Position numbers and translations under genes: made by a program
Shown here: positions 16,786 through 20,000 of the stretch, piece by piece
How the letters are laid out: each line of letters starts with the position of its first letter
Position numbering within the stretch: position 1 is the first letter of the stretch
Virus record (IMG/VR): IMGVR_UViG_3300044911_002384
Length of the DNA: 20,000 bases
Direction: 5' to 3' (one strand)
DNA from: an uncultured virus (IMG/VR IMGVR_UViG_3300044911_002384)
Lineage: Duplodnaviria; Heunggongvirae; Uroviricota; Caudoviricetes
The notes under the pieces: generated by a model
What the model was told of the DNA's origin: nothing
The model's database searches: none
What the model saw: only the letters and a program-made list of their open reading frames with translations

Positions 16786-16814
16786 ATTATAAAGTTACTA
16801 TTACTTAATGTCAA
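16786..16814 (-). promoter_or_regulatory. Perfect sigma70 consensus promoter TTGACA-N17-TATAAT, leaderless transcript predicted
   Basis: -35 at 16809-16814 (contains the upstream gene's TGA) and -10 at 16786-16791. The ATG follows 6 nt later with no SD. Confidence 0.85.
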
Positions 16815-17134
16815 CCTGGTTGTTGTAATACATTCTTGGCAGCAGATTTGGCAGCACCCATATCAACGCCAGGACTTTGTCCAAATTCTGTAGGAGCCTC
16901 TTTAGCTTTGGTGTTCAACACTACACCTTTACCACTATAACTTTTTATAAGTTTTTTTAATTCAGGAGTAGATTGAATAATAGGATTTATGTTGTCATAG
17001 TTTAGCTCAATACCAACTTGATCTCCTATCATATTACTAATGGCAGACCATGAGTATGAAGCTTGACTATCTTTGCTGTTTGCTCTTTTTTGAAGAATTC
17101 TAAAAGCACGGATTAATTCATCCGTGCCTTCCAT
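16811..17134 (-). CDS. Hypothetical protein (107 aa)
   Basis: Intact ORF with TAATG coupling to the upstream gene. Confidence 0.75.
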   Translation of the reverse strand: MEGTDELIRAFRILQKRANSKDSQASYSWSAISNMIGDQVGIELNYDNINPIIQSTPELKKLIKSYSGKGVVLNTKAKEAPTEFGQSPGVDMGAAKSAAKNVLQQPG

Positions 17135-18039
17135 TACTTTTTTTTTGAGTTTAAAATTTGGCCTAACTTGCGACTATATTCTACACTTTCTCTACGTGCT
17201 CTGCCTGCTGCTTCTTCGCCACCTGCTGCTGGAGCAGATGCGGCAAACTCGTCTCCTACTGCTGCAACTTCACCTTCTAATCCACCTGGAGCTGCTGGAG
17301 CTGCTGGAGTTTCGCCACCCATTCCTGGAGCCTCTTCGCCTGTTAATACTGATACAGCCTGTGCTAACGCAGTTCTTGTCGTTTCTAAACTTGTATAAAT
17401 TTCGTCTAATGCTGGTTTAACTTTCTGTTCAAATTGACCACTTACATCACTGCCCATTTCATCTCTTATAGAGTCTAATAATTCTAATAACGTCTCGGAC
17501 TTCATAGACGCTGTGTCTTCTAACCAGCCTGTAATCTTATCTACCATGTCACGTGCGGACATGATTAGTGCTGCTTTTTCTTCTTCGCCTTCTGTAAGAA
17601 CTTGTTCACTTAGTGCCTGACGTAGTACATCCATTGCTTCGCCTACACTTTCTTTCTTGGCCATTTTAGTAGCTGTGGCATACATTACTTCTTCGCCACG
17701 ATCGCCGTAACGCTTTTTAAAGTCGCCTTTAACTTTCTTCATGCCTTTTACATACTTCTCACGCTTGCCTTCTTCGTCTGGGTTTAGTTTTCTTTCTTGA
17801 AGAGCCTGTAAGATTACATCCAAAAATGCACGATCTTTATGATATTCGTTACTTTCGTACACAGCATCGTATTGACGGCTGCTTTCGAAAGTAGCTAATT
17901 TTTCAGCAATTTTGTCTCGTGCTACCATTAATTGGGCATCTGAAAACCCGTCTAGATTTAACTTATAACCAAATGTTTTAGCTACGCTTTCATTCAGCGA
18001 TTTGCTGTTCTTTGGATGTGATAGATCTTTTACTTGCAT
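17134..18039 (-). CDS. Hypothetical protein, probable head core/scaffold-like
   Basis: Helical and acidic, with several L-x-E sites (LNES, LQER, LSEQ, LTEG) and an Ala/Gly/Glu low-complexity tail. Preceded by the late-like motif. Confidence 0.7.
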   Translation of the reverse strand: MQVKDLSHPKNSKSLNESVAKTFGYKLNLDGFSDAQLMVARDKIAEKLATFESSRQYDAVYESNEYHKDRAFLDVILQALQERKLNPDEEGKREKYVKGMKKVKGDFKKRYGDRGEEVMYATATKMAKKESVGEAMDVLRQALSEQVLTEGEEEKAALIMSARDMVDKITGWLEDTASMKSETLLELLDSIRDEMGSDVSGQFEQKVKPALDEIYTSLETTRTALAQAVSVLTGEEAPGMGGETPAAPAAPGGLEGEVAAVGDEFAASAPAAGGEEAAGRARRESVEYSRKLGQILNSKKK

Positions 18040-18067
18040 CGTTTTATCCCTAAAAGGTTGTTTAAAT

Positions 18068-18075
18068 TATTTATC
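18068..18075 (-). promoter_or_regulatory. Putative late promoter (GATAAATA)
   Basis: Directly at the upstream stop codon, 28 nt before ATG 18039. Confidence 0.55.
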
Positions 18076-18505
18076 AAAAACTATTTTTAAAAATTGTAGC
18101 AATTTGATTTCTATAGTTCTCTGCTCTTTGCTTAGTTAAGCTATATCTTGCTAGATAAATTTGTTTTTTAGCAAAATCCTTGCTTTTCTTATATCTTTCC
18201 TCAAAAATAGCAGAATCTATAAAGTTAGTCCAATATTCTGTGTCTAAGTTCTTGATGTGATTGTACAAATCAAATCTGCTATTGTAATAATTCTTTGCTG
18301 CTATTGCTGCTGTGGCTTTAAGATAAAATGTATCAATTACATCATTGTTAATATGACATAGATAATATCCTCTAGCCTTATTTTGCTTAATTTTAAATCT
18401 ATTATATACTAATGATTTATCTGGTAAAACTGCCAGAGGAGTTTTTTTCTTAAATTCCTCTTCTAAAAATTTTTCTAATTTTTCTGCTTGATTTTTAAAA
18501 TTCAT
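18074..18505 (-). CDS. Hypothetical basic protein (143 aa)
   Basis: Intact ORF overlapping the upstream gene by 11 nt. Confidence 0.75.
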   Translation of the reverse strand: MNFKNQAEKLEKFLEEEFKKKTPLAVLPDKSLVYNRFKIKQNKARGYYLCHINNDVIDTFYLKATAAIAAKNYYNSRFDLYNHIKNLDTEYWTNFIDSAIFEERYKKSKDFAKKQIYLARYSLTKQRAENYRNQIATIFKNSF

Positions 18506-18695
18506 TTGCTATAATTTTAGGATCTTTGTCTCCTATCTTAATTACCAAACTTTTTCTAATCATACCCTCAATTGTGAATTGATCACGTTCGCTGAAACTG
18601 CTAAGAAGCCTAGGGTAATCTAGCTTTTTTAACATATTTCTTTCTTCATTTGAAGTATAAATTTCAAATGTTTTTACTAGTTCATTTAATTTCAT
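18495..18695 (-). CDS. Hypothetical protein (66 aa)
   Basis: MKLNELV start; its start abuts/overlaps the upstream stop. Confidence 0.75.
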   Translation of the reverse strand: MKLNELVKTFEIYTSNEERNMLKKLDYPRLLSSFSERDQFTIEGMIRKSLVIKIGDKDPKIIANEF

Positions 18696-19828
18696 TTTAA
18701 TCCGGCTAACTTTCTTAAAATACTGATATCTTCTTTTTTTGGACCAAAGTTTTGATTGATTGTAGCAAGTTGGTCTGGGGTAAGAGTGCCCATTGATCCT
18801 GCTGCTGGTGCCGGTGCCGGTTGTGCGGCTTGACCTTGAGCAGGTTGTTTTTTGCCAAACAATTTATCAAAAAAACCAGGAGCATTAGGATCTGTTTTTT
18901 TGTTACCAGTTCTTGGATCCCAATTACCTGGACCAGGGTATCCATTTGGATTAAATCTATTTGCCGGATTAGCATTTGCCCAAGCAATTTCATCATCTGA
19001 ACGACTTGTCACTGCTTTGCCATCACTACTAGTTAAAGTGCCGCCTGTGCCAGTTTTAACCGTAGGTGCCACTGTACTCGCTCCTGTATCTGGATTTACA
19101 TTTGCTGACTGAGCTGCTTGGCCAGCAGGAGCATCGTTAGTTGCTGTGCCAATATCACCTGTATAAGAGCTTCCGCTATTAGGTGCTGCTGTATTTTGTT
19201 GTGCTGGAGCAGGTGCTGTGGTAGACATTGGTAGACGACCTGCTGCCCATTCACCGGAGTTATCTCCTGCATTTGCAGTGGCTACTGGTTCTGCTGCTGC
19301 TGGTTGTGCTGCTTGTGCTGCTGGCTGTTGTCCGCCAATCGCTAATTGTTTTAATCTATCTATTTCTGCTGTGGTTCCAGCTGACGGTGTAGCTGGTTCT
19401 GCTGCTGGTTGTGCTGCTGGTGCTCCAGTGTAACTACTTGATGCATTTGCAGATGCTGGCACAGCAGCTTGATCAACTGACGCTTTTGGTGTACCGTCTG
19501 GATTATGTGTTGCTCCGTATTTCTGTAACCATGCTTGACCTTTAGGACCAGTACTTGGCTTGCCGTTTAATGTAGGCTGAGGAGGAACTTTACCACTTGC
19601 TGGTGCTGCTTTTTTAGGTGCTGCTGGTTTTGCTGCTGCTGGTTTTGCTGCTGCTGGTGCAGGTGCGGCTGGTGCAGGTGCGGCTGCGGCTGGTGCAGGT
19701 CGACCCCCTTGACTTCCCGCCATTCCTGTTCCAGGCTTGGTTGTATCAACAGGTAGTGTTTGAGTGTTTCTCATTGCATACGCAGTTGAAAAATCTGCTT
19801 CTTTAATAACAACGTCTTTAATTTTCAT
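18692..19828 (-). CDS. Ala/Pro/Gly-rich low-complexity protein, probable internal head protein
   Basis: MKIKDVVIKEA N-terminus, PAPAA/KPAAA repeats, C-terminal ILRKLAGLK; TAAGGA SD. Confidence 0.8.
   Translation of the reverse strand: MKIKDVVIKEADFSTAYAMRNTQTLPVDTTKPGTGMAGSQGGRPAPAAAAPAPAAPAPAAAKPAAAKPAAPKKAAPASGKVPPQPTLNGKPSTGPKGQAWLQKYGATHNPDGTPKASVDQAAVPASANASSSYTGAPAAQPAAEPATPSAGTTAEIDRLKQLAIGGQQPAAQAAQPAAAEPVATANAGDNSGEWAAGRLPMSTTAPAPAQQNTAAPNSGSSYTGDIGTATNDAPAGQAAQSANVNPDTGASTVAPTVKTGTGGTLTSSDGKAVTSRSDDEIAWANANPANRFNPNGYPGPGNWDPRTGNKKTDPNAPGFFDKLFGKKQPAQGQAAQPAPAPAAGSMGTLTPDQLATINQNFGPKKEDISILRKLAGLK
19613..19700 (-). repeat. Short coding tandem repeats (PAPAA and AAAKP units, about 15 bp)
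   Basis: Repeated gctggtgcaggtgcg and gctggttttgctgct on the + strand. Confidence 0.7.
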
Positions 19829-19838
19829 AATTCTTTCC

Positions 19839-20000
19839 TTATCTTAATCCTGCTAATCTTAATAGGTCCTCTGTAGTTTTTCCTATTTCTACAGCATCAC
19901 CTGTTTTAATCGTCGACTGTTGTGTGGATTGTTGTGCAGGTGTACCTTGTGCTTGTGGCCCTACTAATTTTAATTTTCCTGTAGCAGGATCTTTACTTAA
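19839..20000 (-). CDS. C-terminal fragment of a hypothetical protein that begins beyond the right edge
   Basis: Open frame LSKDPATGKLKLVGPQAQG...KTTEDLLRLAGLR* ending at TAA 19839-19841; C-terminal motif shared with the next gene. Confidence 0.8.
   Translation of the reverse strand, partial: LSKDPATGKLKLVGPQAQGTPAQQSTQQSTIKTGDAVEIGKTTEDLLRLAGLR

Noticed and set aside
19280..19700. GCT/GCA-rich repeats as a CRISPR-like or DGR-like element
   Set aside because: Explained by Ala/Pro codons in a low-complexity protein. There are no regular spacers and no adenine-specific variant repeat pair.

Overview
AT-rich, gene-dense segment of a large tailed dsDNA phage (T4-like/jumbo myovirus type). Every credible gene is on the minus strand in the standard genetic code. 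Read in transcription order (right to left): probable head/virion proteins, a PD-(D/E)XK exonuclease, a tail fibre/spike-like protein, nrdA-SOD-nrdB-glutaredoxin, a PAAR spike tip, a HAD phosphatase, an Hc1/histone-H1-like protein followed by two unannotated tiny Lys/Arg-rich peptides, iscU-iscA, a SleB-type cell wall hydrolase with membrane and lipoprotein genes, ribosomal protein bS21, a DEDDh exonuclease and dnaK (runs off the left edge and is missing from the ORF track). bS21, DnaK and IscU look betaproteobacterial (inference from remembered family features). The non-coding sequence holds the most interesting signals: a ROSE-like RNA thermometer on dnaK, near-consensus sigma70 promoters, a recurring T4-late-like R(A/C)TAAVTA motif, four candidate leaderless mRNAs, inverted repeats over promoters, and a structured leader on the hydrolase. 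The SOD has an N-terminal extension resembling the T4 capsid-targeting sequence. All family assignments are from motif recognition; no database searches were run.
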